DNA of 64,000 nucleotides from the human T2T-CHM13v2.0 reference genome, Homo sapiens: NCBI RefSeq assembly GCF_009914755.1, contig NC_060934.1, one strand, 5' to 3'. Shown here piece after piece: positions 15,796 to 30,230 of this stretch; the first letter of the stretch is position 1, and each line of letters starts with the position of its first letter. The notes below the pieces were generated by a model. The model had not been told where the DNA came from. It saw only the letters and a program-made list of their open reading frames with translations, and made no database searches. A program made the position numbers and the translations under genes.

Positions 15796-16864
15796 GAACA
15801 CGATGATCATATTTGTGATTCTGATTACCTATTCTTTGAGGTTCAATGTCTACTTCTTGTTTAAAGCAACTGTTAGTATTGACATTAAAAGTTCTACTAT
15901 ATAAATTGACATCTGTGGACAAAAGAAAAGTGATTTAAAGGTTTTTCAATTTTTGACAATGAAAACTCATGGTCAAAAAGGCCTAGACACAAGTCACAAC
16001 TGCAAACCTTATTTGCTTTGCAACTTGCTCAAATTATTCCAAATCTCCATTTTCCATATTTAAAATAACAAAACAATGCTGACTTAACAACACAGGGTGG
16101 AATATGTAGGTAATTATGTCAAGTGTCTAGCACAGAATCTGGAAAATTGTAGGCACTTGATAAACATGACTTCTGCCGTTTCTACATAAAATGATGTAGA
16201 TTAATTCCAAGAGCCCCAGTCACTTCTTATTTACTTCTGACAAATGATTTTTTTCTAAAGTACTAATTATAAAATTGACTAATGATGTTGTAGCCTAGGG
16301 AAGTTTTAGAGTAGGTCATTAAAGTTGTAATTGTAGTGCAAATTTTTTTAGATCGAGGTCTGGTAATAAATCCCCCAGAAACCTTTATATAATGTAGCTT
16401 TCTTTATTTAAAACCAAGGCACAGAATGAAAAAACTAGAGCTTTGTATCTTCAAAAACGTTTATGAGCTTTATAAGTAATGAGTAGGCATGGCTCTCTTT
16501 TGTGCACCAGACCAGGGCCATTAGAGGAAATGAGTGCCCAGAGGGGATAAATCACTCTCCCCAAAGTGCAGTGAGGAAGTAGTGAATGGGAGTGTGTATA
16601 CCTGTGCACATGCAGTTGTGTGAGGGTGAGAGTGTTTGTGGTGGAGGTGTGTGTATTGGAAGTAATAGTGTAGATTCCAAAAGAAGATGGATGCAGAGGT
16701 TTGCTATTCTAGTTTTGATAAATTTAAGACCTCTATTATGTGGAATGATTAGGGGAAAAACCTTTTGCTGTTAGTGTTACAAAAACATGCATGAGTGTTT
16801 ATGTTCTATAGATAAAGATACATACCTTAATGTATGCTATATAGAATATATGGTCAAGCCAGCT

Positions 16865-17310
16865 GATCTGTAAACCTGTGTGCTCTTAGATCCATGTCCT
16901 GGCCCTTCTTCTATTCTGTTCCCTATTTCAGAGCACCACATTTCTTAGGCTCTCTTGACCAACGGCTTTGAGGGGAGTTGGCCAGTAGGAAGCACTAAAT
17001 GTGAAGGCTCTCTATCTTTCTGTTTTGTCTGTTTTTCTGGTTCACTTCCAACAGCAGCTAGGTTCATCTAGGGTTTCAGCTCCTGTCTGATAGACCCATT
17101 GGTTTTACTTTAGTCTCTGTGACTCAGACGTCTCCCTTTCTCCCTTCAGCCTAGGGATGAGAATGGCTTCATGCTGTTGCCAGTCCCTGTTACTTTATCA
17201 TCCCCTGCTTAGCTTCTTGCCACTTCTTCAGCTGTGTAGTCAGTTGCCTTTATTAAATTTTCTCATTTCAGATACTTAAAGAGGTTTCTGTTTTCTGGGT
17301 ATACCAACTC
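16865..17310 (+). mobile_element. ERVL LTR (LTR33-like), copy 2
   Basis: Same 3' motifs plus an upstream part, CTTAGATCCATGTCCTGGCCCTTC. Confidence 0.6.
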
Positions 17311-17550
17311 TTGCTTTCTCAGTATATTTAATATTGAGTGAGCATATGAATTGAGAGATTAGGATATTAGTACATATTAAATCTAAATCTATATTAAATA
17401 TCACTGTAATTTTCCTTTAGACATTTTCAGATTGACTTAACTGTGCCATTAAGTGACTGTGGGAAATCATTAAACTCGTGGTCTTACTTTAACCTTTATC
17501 TGTACAATAAGTCTAAAATGATAGGCTTGACTTACCTCAAAAGATAGTTA

Positions 17551-17840
<290 letters not shown>

Positions 17841-18369
17841 ACAAATTAATAATAAAATGGAGCACTTGAGAAATATGCATAACACTGTGTAAGTGCTCAA
17901 GAGCAACAAGAGAAAGAGAAATAAACATAAGTCTCCATTGTTGGTTTAATGTTGAAATCAAATCTAAGCTTTAACATATGCTTTTCATGTGCCCTAGAAC
18001 ACCGAGGTTGATTCAACTTCAATCTCTAAACCTACAAAATAGTGGTAACAACATCTCCTTCTCAACAGTGTCATGAGGGTTACTTTACCTAACCTTTGTA
18101 ATGCTCTCAGCACATGGGGATTGCATAGAATGGGTCTTCAAGGAGGTTGGTTCTTTCTTCATCTATTCCTCAGCAAGATGTAGAAGTTCTTTCTGATAGC
18201 ACTCCCTGGTCAATTTATTCCTAAGTAAAACACATATATAGGAGTATTTTATACATATATATATATATATATATATCACCCATCACTTGATTAACTGAAT
18301 CTCTCTCTCTCTTTTAGCAGAAACTAATCACCATGTATTTATTGAGTTCAAGTCACTGCTCATCTCTGA

Positions 18370-19230
<861 letters not shown>

Positions 19231-20324
19231 TAGCTTACCTATCCTTACACATGTGTTTGTGTAATTTGCCCAGTTTCCACATGACATTCAGATTTAGAAT
19301 GGTATGTCTCATTATGCAATCTTGCCCAAGCTAGTGACTTTGATATTGCCACCTCTTTTTGACCTTGCTTTGTTACAAGAAAAAAAAAAAAAAAATGGGA
19401 GGGGACATGTTACCCAAACTCTAGCCAGTTGAATTGTGCTGACTGCTTTCCAAAAGAACATATGTTCTCACTGGAAAGATTCAGAAAAATTTGGCATCAG
19501 GGATGGCATGTGGAATTTAGGAATAAGTCTTTGCTTTTTAAGAGGAAGTATGAAATAGAAGAAAGTACATTGAATTTAGAAACAGAACATGTGGGGCCTG
19601 GTTGTTGTTCGACCCCTTATGCCCTTTGATGTCTTAGGTAAGTCCCTCATCTTTGTTGAAACATGCTCTTTATTATTTCTTCTATCTCCACAATTCCATG
19701 GTATTAGAAAATGTTTATATTTGAGACAAAACCTGCACTTGCATCTATCTGCTTTAATTTGAATATTATATTTTTGTGTCTAAGATACGCTATAATATTG
19801 AGCGATTCTTGGTATTGAAAATCAAAGGAAGATGAGACATTATAAATGGGTCATAGTCAACAAAGCAAAGAATGTGCAACATTTATTAAAACTATTTGAT
19901 CCATCTTATATTGCATCATCATTAAGTGTATTTTTTAGTTTTAAAAATGCAAAAAAATATAGATGTGGTCATAATGAAAAGCAATCAGTTATGGACCTAT
20001 TTTTCTGCTCCAAGCCCCCACCCCTAATCTCCTCATTCACACCCTGAGCTCAACACACACAGGATAGCTTATTAAATCACTTCACTTGGGGTTTTTCTGG
20101 TTGTTAATTTCACATATATAAATAGCACACTAAGCCTCTATTTCTTGCTTTATCTACTTTAGATATGGAGCATTGATTTTCTACTGATAATGAGAATGAA
20201 AGTCATTTACTCCGCACCCCACTTCTTCTGTCTCCTCCCTGACTTTATCATTATTCTCAGTTTCCAAAGTTGGTCTTCATGACACACCTAATTGAGGATA
20301 ATAGTATAGTTAAGAAACAGGGCT

Positions 20325-20913
20325 TACTGTGGAAAGCAGTTTGGAGATTTCTCAAAGGACTTAAAACTACTGTTCAACCCACCCGTCCCACTACTAGTAT
20401 ATATATATATTTAAGAGAAAATAAATTGTTCTACCAAAAGACCCATGCACTTGCATGTTTATCACAGCACTATTCACAACAGCAAAGACGTGGAATCAAC
20501 CTAGGTGCTGATCAACAGTGGATTGGATAAGAAAAATGAGGTAATATACATCATGGAATACTACACAGCCATAAAAAGAATAAAATTACATCTTTCACAA
20601 AACATGGATGCAGCTAGAGGCCATTATCCTAAGCAAATTAGTATAAAAACAGAAAAACAAATATTGCATGCTCTCACCCATGAAAACTGAACAATGGGTT
20701 TACATGGACATAAAAATGGCAACAATAGACACTGGGGACTACTGGAGAGGGGAAGGATGGAGAGGGGCAAGGGTTGAAAAACTAACTATTGGATACTATG
20801 CTTCGTACCTGGGTAATGGGGTCGATTGAACCCCAGAATCTCAGCATCATGCAAAATACCCATGTTACAAACGTGCATATGTACACCCTGAATCTAAAAT
20901 AAAAGTTTAAATT
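20325..20913 (+). mobile_element. L1 3' fragment (L1PB-like; ORF2 end and 3'UTR)
   Basis: GGAAAGCAGTTTGGAGATTTCTCAAAG...ATGGAATACTACACAGCCATAAAAAG...CTGAATCTAAAATAAAAG. Confidence 0.9.
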
Positions 20914-20960
20914 ATGAGAAAACAAACAGAAAATATATTTGAAAAATATTTGTATCATTA

Positions 20961-21590
<630 letters not shown>

Positions 21591-23049
21591 TCAAACTTAC
21601 AATAACAATTATATTTGACTGAGTGCCAATTTAAACCTATAGGCCTATGCTATTTTTTTTTTTTTTAAGACCAGACCTCCCTTTCATCTCAGTCTGAGGT
21701 ACATGAGGCTTTTAATATGAAATCACTTTCCATTCGGTCCAAAGCTTCCTTGTTGCTGATGAATGTCATACATAATGAAAGATTATATCCATTTATCCTC
21801 AGCAGTAAATCATTTATCACACAAGGGGGATATATTATTGTGAATTCTGATCAAAGCTGCCCACTTCCTTTAGCCGGCAGAAATGCTGCACTCTGTTAGT
21901 TGATTGTACAATATCCTGGGAGAAATAGGGAAAATTATGCTGTTGAATGAGGGTTTGGCAACTCTAGGGGTTTCTAAAATGCCTTGTAGAAAAATCATGT
22001 TTCATGTAGAACCTTCTATGATTCAGGCATGTGAGCTGTAAAAGTCTTATTTTGCCTTCTTCGCTTAATTAAATCAGAAGGCTGTGGGACTTTTTTCAGC
22101 TTGCTCTGTGATGTCTGCAAACAGATTCCTGAATGACATCCTGTGGACACTTTGCCCCCTTTTTTAGAGAGACAATAATTATTACCACTTCTTTTTGAAG
22201 CATGCTGAGTGGTTTTATCAGTTGTTTGCTAATGAGCTCTGTCTCTCCTTTATAATGTCAATCATAAGGATGCCTTTTAAATACAACTTATCTCCCAGAT
22301 TTATTTTCTTTTCATTCTTCCTGATCAAGGTACGTACTGTTTTGCTTCAGGGAATCATCTACACAACCCAGGCAGAGAAGGCTGGCCTCTTTGATCTCTT
22401 GTGGATAACACACTCTCTCCTTCTGAGAACAGAGCTTTCCAAAAAGGACATTACCACCCTCCAGATGAGTCTCTTCTTGTGTTTTATCTGTGATTTTAGG
22501 TTATCATTGCCCTCTGTTACACGTCTGTATTCACTGCTTTTCAAATTCAATAGCATGTAAGAGTCTCAGTATTAAAATTATCCTGAGTCAAGTGAGATAC
22601 AGAATGAAGCAGGAACAATAGGTCTTTTCTTCCTTCCTTCTCTCTTGGGCTTCTGGCCAGAATGCTGGTATGGTTTGTTCAGATTTTATGCAAAGCTTTA
22701 CCTGGCGATTCACCAAATCAAGTCAGAAACCTGCACCTAACATTTATAAACAACATTTCTTCATTTGATCATCACCTTATTCTTGAAGTAGCTTTCAGTG
22801 CTTTGGCTATTTAAGAAGTCACTATTGAAATTCATATTCTACCCTTGCACACTGTGTGAGCTCACTATATCCCTTGTGTGGTGTATAGAGGAAGTATAAT
22901 TTTCCCCAAGTGCCTTATCCTTAAAACAAGAGATAGCTAAATTGATCAGAATGGGATATCGTTATAGGAAAAATAGTATACATTAAACTTTAGGTGTTCC
23001 TGTTAATAGTTCTTACTACTGTGACTATTCAGATTATTGTATTCCAACA

Positions 23050-23240
23050 TAGGTAAAATTGATGGATTTAGCAAATAAAATACAGTACACCTGTTCACAT
23101 CTGAATTTCAGATAAACAATGAATGCATTTTTAGTATAAGTATGTCCCAAATATTGCTTCTAGGACACACACAAGAAATTGTTGTTTATCTGAAATTCAG
23201 ATTTGAACAGGTGTACTGTATTTTACCTGGCAACACTACA
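23050..23240. mobile_element. MER53 palindromic hAT MITE
   Basis: GATTTAGCAAATAAAATACAG...TGAATTTCAGATAAACAA...AGTATAAGTATGTCCC...CTGGCAACACTA. Confidence 0.85.
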
Positions 23241-23307
23241 TATAGTAGAATTCACGTTCTAGTCTTTGCTAGTCTGTAGATATTACGTTCCCCTACTTGG
23301 TAACTCC

Positions 23308-23663
23308 TGTGAACTGAATTGTACTGCCCCTACCCTGCTATTCACACGGTGAAGCCCTAACTCCCAATGAGACTGTATTTGGAGATAGGATCTTTAGGGG
23401 AAAATTAAGGTTAAATGAGGTCACAAGGATGGGGCCTTAATCCTGTAGCACTGTGGGCTTATAAAAAGAGAGAATCTCTCTTAGGTGAGGACTCAGCAAG
23501 AAGGTGGGGTCTGCAACCCAAGGAGAGAGCCCTCATCAAAACCCAATAATGCTGCACCTGAATCTTGGACTCCTAGTCTCCAGAAATTTGGGAAAATAAA
23601 TATCTGTTGCCTAAGCCACCTGGTCTATGGTATTTTGTTACAGCAGCCCAACCTGATTTATAC
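23308..23663 (+). mobile_element. MaLR solo LTR (MLT1B-like)
   Basis: GACTGTATTTGGAGATAGG...AATTAAGGTTAAATGAGGTCA...TGGTATTTTGTTACAGCAGCCC. Confidence 0.85.
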
Positions 23664-23743
23664 AGTAACTTTAGGATGTCTTACTAGGGCACAGTTTTAT
23701 GTTTCTTGCTGAACTGAGATCTAGCAAGCATAGTCATTACCTT

Positions 23744-26060
23744 AGATATGGTATGGCTGTGTCCCCACCCAAATCTTATCTTGAATTATAACTTCCATAA
23801 TTCCCATGTCATGGGAGGGACCCAGTGGGAGGTAATTGAATCATGGGGGCGAGTCTTTCCCATGCGGTTCTCATGGTAATGAATGGGTCTCACAAGATCT
23901 GATGGTTTTATAAATGGGAGTTGCCCTGCCCTGCACAAGCTCTCTTTTTGCCTGCTGCCATTCATGTAAGATGTGACTTGCTCCTCCTTGCCTTCTGCCA
24001 TGATTGGGAGCCTCCCCAACCATGTGGAACTGTAAGTCCATTAAACCTCTTTTGTAAATTGCCCAGTCTCGGGTATGTCTTTATCAGCAGAGTGAAAATG
24101 GACTAATACATTAAATTTGTTACCAGTAGAGCGGGACCCTGCTGAAAAGATAACTGAAAATTTGGAAATAACTTTGGAACTGGGTAACAAGCAGAGGTTG
24201 GAACAGTTTGGAGGGCTCAGAACTAGAAAGGAAAACACAGGAAAGTTTGGAACTTCCTAGAGACTTGTTGAATGGCTTTGACAAAAATGCTGATAGTGAT
24301 ATGAACAATAAGTTCCAGGCTGAGGTGGTCTCAGATGAAGATGAGAAACTTGTTGGGAACTAGAGCAAAGCTGCCTCTTGTTATGTTTTACAAAGAGACT
24401 GGTGGCATTTTTCCCCTTCCCTAGATATTTGTGCAACTTTGAACTTGAGAGAGATAATGTAGGGTATCTGGTGGAAGAAATTTCCAAGCAGCAAAGCATT
24501 CAAGAGGTGACTTGGGTGCTGTTAAAGGCATTCAGTTTTATAAGGGAAGCAGAGCATAAAAGTTCAGAAAATTTGCAGCCTGACAATGTGATAGAAAAGA
24601 AAATTCAATTTTCTGAGGAGAAATTCAAGCTGGCTGCAGAAATTTGCATAAGTAACAAGGAGCCGAATGTTAATCCCCAAGACAATGGGGAAAATGTCTC
24701 CAAGGTATGTCGGAGATCTTCACGGCAGCCCCTCCCATCACAGGCCTGGAGGCCTAGGAGAAAAAAATGGTTTTGTGGGCCAGGCCTAGGGCCCCTCTGC
24801 TATGTGCAGTCTAGGGACTTGGTGCCCTGCATCCCAGCTGCTCCAGCCATGACTAAAAGGGGCCAAGGTACAGCTCAGGCCATGGCTTCAGAGGGTGCAA
24901 GCACCAAGCCTTGGCTTCCATGTGGTGTTGAGCCTGCAGGTACACAAAAGTCAAGAATTGAGGTTTGGAAACCTCTGCCTAGATTTCAGAGGATGTATGC
25001 AAATGCCTGGATGTCTGGGCAGAAGTTTGCTGCAGGGGCAGGATGCTCATGGAGAACCTCTGCTAGGGCAGTGCAGAAGGGAAATGTGGGGTTGAGGCCT
25101 TCACACAGAGTCCCTACTGGGGCACTGTCTAGTGGAGCTGTGAGAAGAGAGCCACTGTCCTCCAGACCCCAGAATGGTAGATCCACCAATTGCTTGCACT
25201 GTGCACCTGAAAAAGCTGCAGACACTCAATGGCAGCCCAAGAAAACAGCTGGGAGGGATGCTGTACTCTGCAAAACCACAGAGATGGAGCTGCCCAAGAC
25301 CATAGGAACCCACCTCTCACATCATTGTGACCCAGATGAGAGACATAGTGTCAAAGGGGATCATTTTGGAGCTTTAAGATTTGACTGCCCTGCTGGATTT
25401 TGGACTTGCATGGGACCTGTAGCCCCTTCATTTTGGCCAATTTCTCCCATTTGAAACAACTGTATTTACCCAATGCCTGTGCCCCCAGTGTATCTAGGAA
25501 GTAACTAATTTGGTTTTGATTTTACAGGCTCATAGGCAGAAGGTACTTGCCTTGTCTCAGATGAGACGTTGGACTGTGGACTTTTGAGTTAATGCTGAAA
25601 TGAGTTAAGACTTTGGGGGACTGTAGGGAACGCATGATTTGTTTTGGTTTTGAAATGTGAGGTCATGAGATTTCAGAGAGGTCGGGGTGGAATAATATGG
25701 TTTGGCTGTGTCCCCACCCAAATCCCATCTTGAATTGTAACTCCTGCAATTCCCACATGTCATGGGAGGGAGCCAATGGGAGGTAATTGAATCGTGGGGT
25801 CTGGTCTTTCCTATGCTGTTCTCATGATACTAAATGGGTCTCACAAGATCCGATGGTTTAAAAATGGGAGTTGCCCTGCACAAGCTCTCTTTTTACCTGC
25901 TACCATCCATGTAAGATGCGACTTGTTCCTCCTTGCCTTCTGCCATGATTGTGAGATCTCCTCAGCCATGTGGAACTGTAAGTCCATTAAACCTCTTTCT
26001 TTTGTAAATTTCCCAGTCTTGGGTATGTCTTTATCAGCAGGGTGAAAACAGACTAATACA
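23744..26060 (+). mobile_element. Full-length THE1B-like MaLR element: 5' LTR 23744-24110, internal 24111-25692, 3' LTR 25693-26060
   Basis: Both LTRs run (T)GATATGG..GGCTGTGTCCCCACCCAAATC to GACTAATACA; purine tract precedes the 3' LTR; 5-bp TSD ACCTT at 23739-23743 and 26061-26065. Confidence 0.95.
24378..25454 (+). pseudogene. Remnant of the THE1 internal ORF, open for 358 codons
   Basis: ORF track (NFELERDNVGYLVEEISKQQSIQEVTW...) lies wholly within the THE1 internal region; it starts at a TTG, not an ATG. Confidence 0.75.
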
Positions 26061-27502
26061 ACCTTTCTAGTCTGGACATGTTAGTCAATTACTCTACTGA
26101 TTCTGAGCAAGTAGAGACAAGTGAAGGAATCTCCCAATGGTTGTCCCTTAAACGTCAAATTCTATGATTGGCTAATTTCTCAATTTTGATCATATCATAA
26201 ATCAGAACAATAAAGAGAAATCATGGGGGGTAGATGTGACAATGAACCCAGCCTACTATTGGCTGAAAAATATTAAAGGCACTGATGGGAACATTTAATT
26301 GAGTAGACAAATGGGGGAGATAGCCTGACTGTCCTCTGACTTTGCTGTTAGCATCTAAATCTACCTAAATTATTGGATGTATTTACAAGGAATAAGGGCA
26401 GTGTTTGTTTGTGTGTGTGTGTGAGGGTGTGAGTGTGTGTAAAGGTACACAGAGCATGTACTAAATCAAGATTCAGTAACCCCATTTAGAAAGGAGCACC
26501 TGAGACTTCTGAGAGGTTAATCACAGGCCTCCATCACCCTTCTAAGTGGCAGAATTGGAGACCATCCTGCAGCCAAAGACATGCCTTTTCCTCCATAACT
26601 GACTACCTACCTTGAAAACTAGAATCTCACATTTTTCACAATAGATCTTTTGTATACTAAGAAATCAGTAACAGTGCATTTCCTCAAATTGACAAGAAGC
26701 AAAATTTCATCCATCTTCCAACAACCTGTCATTGTTACCCCCTCTAAACCTTTTCTTCTTCATAAGGGCAATTATTATTTTATTACCTCTGGTATGATAT
26801 TAAAATTATGAAGACTTTCCTCCAAGGGGCCACCATATTACTGTCTCATTTACATTCTTATACTAAAAATAGATTTTTTTTTATACCAGATGTGGTAAAA
26901 TCAAAGCTAAGTTAGACAGAATGGGTGATTCCTCCCACATAGCTGCTCTGGAGAACATCGCTATGCACCCTGAAGTGTACAGGGTGTTCATGCCCATGTT
27001 AGGTATTTTAGTTTTGTTAATGAGGTGGTGAGGTTGAGGTGAAGCTCATGACTAAGTAGAGGCAGAAATCTCTATAAAGACCAAATGTTTATTCAGACTG
27101 ATGTGAGAACTCTTTAGCTTCTGATTCTCCAAGAACAAATGTGTCATAATTAGAAGTAAAAAATTGATGTGAATGGGTTGCTGTTTCCCAGGTACTAAAA
27201 GTGACCAATGAAGTGTACGGCTAGCTGCTGGACACAAGTCCCTGATACTCAAGGCCTGGTTGAGAAGACCTTGTAGTTGAGCAAACTCATTTGTTATTAT
27301 ATTTTTTAACTCATCAAACTTGAACTTGTTCTTTTTCTTTTCCTTTTTTGTGGCTCAAATAGTGATGCATGCAGCACAACACCTGGATTTGGGCAAATGA
27401 TTTTAAATTCACACTTAAAAACCATAGCAATTTTATGATGAATTGGCCTCCATCTACTTCTGAATTTAAACTTTGCTAAAGGGAAAATCCCTACATTTTC
27501 TT

Positions 27503-27813
27503 TTCTTTTTTTTTTTCCTTTTTTTTTTTTTTTGAGACGGAGTCTCGCTCTGTCACCCAGGCTGGAGCGCAGGGGGTCGATCTCGGCCAATGCAAGCTCT
27601 GCCTCCCAGGTTCCAGCCATTCTCCTGCCTCAGCCTCCCAGGTAGCTGAGACTACAGGTGCCCACCACCGTGCCTGGCTAATTTTTTGTATTTTTAGTAG
27701 AGACAGGGTTTAACTGTGTTAGCCAGGATGGTCTCGATCTCCTGACCTTGTGATCCACCCGCCTCAGCCTCCCAAAGTTCTGGGATTACAGGTGTGAGCT
27801 ACCGTGCCTGGCC
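27503..27813 (-). mobile_element. AluY-like
   Basis: GCAAGCTC and TGTTAGCCAGGATGGTCTCGATC diagnostics; perfect 17-bp TSD AATCCCTACATTTTCTT (27486-27502 / 27814-27830). Confidence 0.96.
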
Positions 27814-28477
27814 AATCCCTACATTTTCTTAAAATTTAAGATATAATTCCATTAGCAAGAAACGTCAGAGTGACATTTTAAGCAATGCTTGCATCAGACA
27901 AAAAATGTATGATGTATTTGAAATCTATTGACAACACATTGGAAAACCTTCAAGAGTTCTAAAGCAGCCGTTACTCTGAAATTTAAAATAATCCCATTTT
28001 AGATTCTTTCAATTATAGTTAAGAGGATTTTGTAAAGGCTGTACCTGTAGCCAGTCTGTAGGTAATTTTAATAACAAGTGGTTAACTTAAAGATCTTCCT
28101 GTGTTAATTAGTGTTCTTTTTTAAATAAGAATTATTAATTAAATTCTCAATTCAGCAAAAGAAACCTTATTCTTTAATCAATGTCACAAAATTCTCCATA
28201 GTCAAACTTAGATCTCAGTTTCCGTGATGAGTGGCTGGGGAAAGGAATGCGTTCTCCCACCATTAATACCTTTTGAGCCAATAACTCTAGGCTGTAGATC
28301 CTTAGCTAGAAACGTTTTTGTCCACCCAGAACACACTTTGCATTTAGACTGAGGCCTCCTTTGAAATTCTGGCTCCTACATTTCCTATCTCCTTGACACT
28401 GGGCAATTCAGTTTTCCTTGCTGAGAATCCATCCTCTGTTTTTTGTTTGTTCATTTTGGTTTTGGTTTTGGCTTTTA

Positions 28478-28817
<340 letters not shown>

Positions 28818-28833
28818 AGAAAATGTCATTAGT

Positions 28834-29586
28834 CTTTGACCAATATTTCTCCAGTCCTTATCCAGCCCCAGTTCCTAGTAATCACCATTCTACTCTCTGC
28901 TTCAGTGAGTTCAACTTTTTTAGATTCCACGTATACGTGATAACGTGGTATTTGTCTTTCTGTGCCTGGCTTATTTCACTTAACATAATGCCTTCCAGGT
29001 TCATTCATGTTGTCACAAATGACAGAATTTCCTTTTTTTTCTCTAAAGCTGAATAGTATTCCATTGTGTATATGTAGATACCATATTTTATTTATCTATT
29101 CATCTGTTGATGAATGTTTAGGTTGATTCCATTTCTGGGCTATTGTGAATAGTGTTGATATAAGCGTAGGAATGTAAATATCTCTTCCACATACTAATTT
29201 TATTTCCTTTGTCTATATATCCAGTAGTGGGACTGCTTAATCATATGGTACTTCTATTTTAAATTTTCTGAAGAATCACCATTCTATGTTCCATAATGGC
29301 TTTACTAATGACATTCCCACCAGCAGTGCACAGGAGGAATAATTTCAAGAAATCTACTGCATAATATAGTTATGACTATAGTTAATAACAATGTACTATA
29401 TACCTAAAAAATTGCTAACAGTAGACATTAAGTGTTCTCACCACAAATAACGTAAGGTACAATATAGGTTAATAGCTTGATTTAGCCATTCCACATTGAA
29501 TACATATTTCAAAACATCATGTTTTAAAACATTAAAACATCATGTTGTACATTATAAATATATATAATTTTTATGTCATAAAAAAA
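28834..29586. mobile_element. 5'-inverted (twin-primed) L1MA-type insertion: antisense part 28834-about 29330, sense 3' end about 29331-29586
   Basis: Antisense L1 3'UTR (CACCATTCTACTCTC...GCTGAATAGTATTCCATTGTG) is joined to a sense 3' end (CAGGAGGAATAA...GTTAATAACAATG...GTTCTCACCAC); flanked by AAGAAA(A)TGTCATTA. Confidence 0.85.
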
Positions 29587-29924
29587 GAAATGTCATTATC
29601 ATTCTTTAGTGACAATTCACCTGAAGTCTTCTTACCCATAGTTGATGAGTGTCTTTTAAATTATAAAGCTCAGGAAGTATGCCTTTAAATCACTAACCAA
29701 TATCTGTGATATGGTTTGCTTAAGAACATTTTTAGATTGGAGAATAATTTACAAATCTAGGTCTTTCATTTTTAAAATAAATCATGGTGTTAGTTCATGA
29801 TATTTGGGCCATATTTTTAAATCCTAATCCTGGGAAAGGTGGTTAGGTATATGGCAATTTATGTCTCCACTGAATTTCCATACAGAATGCCAGAAGGTAC
29901 CACAGATAAAGCAAGAGCTTTAAG

Positions 29925-30230
29925 ATCAATCACAGCTGAGTTTGTATGTAGTTCAAGTACTTACTGGCTGTGTGGTTTTGGGGTAATATACTTAACCTTT
30001 CTCAATCTCTGTTTCTTCAGTTGAAAAGCTGGGATTATGCTTTCAAATTCAAATAATAATAAAAACTAACATTTCTTGAATGCTTATCATGCACCACAGG
30101 TATTGTATCATTTACTCCTAATAATAAATCCAGGGGGTGGCTACTGTTATCTGCATTTTACAAATAAAGAAAGGAGGCACAAAAAGGCAGAGCAGCCAGG
30201 CTTCAAAACCAGGCAGAGCTCCAGACCACC
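29925..30230. mobile_element. MIR fragments in opposite orientations
   Basis: ACTTACTGGCTGTGTG...CTTAACCTTTCTC...TGTTTCTTCA, and CATTTTACAAATAAAGAAAGGAGGCAC. Confidence 0.65.
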
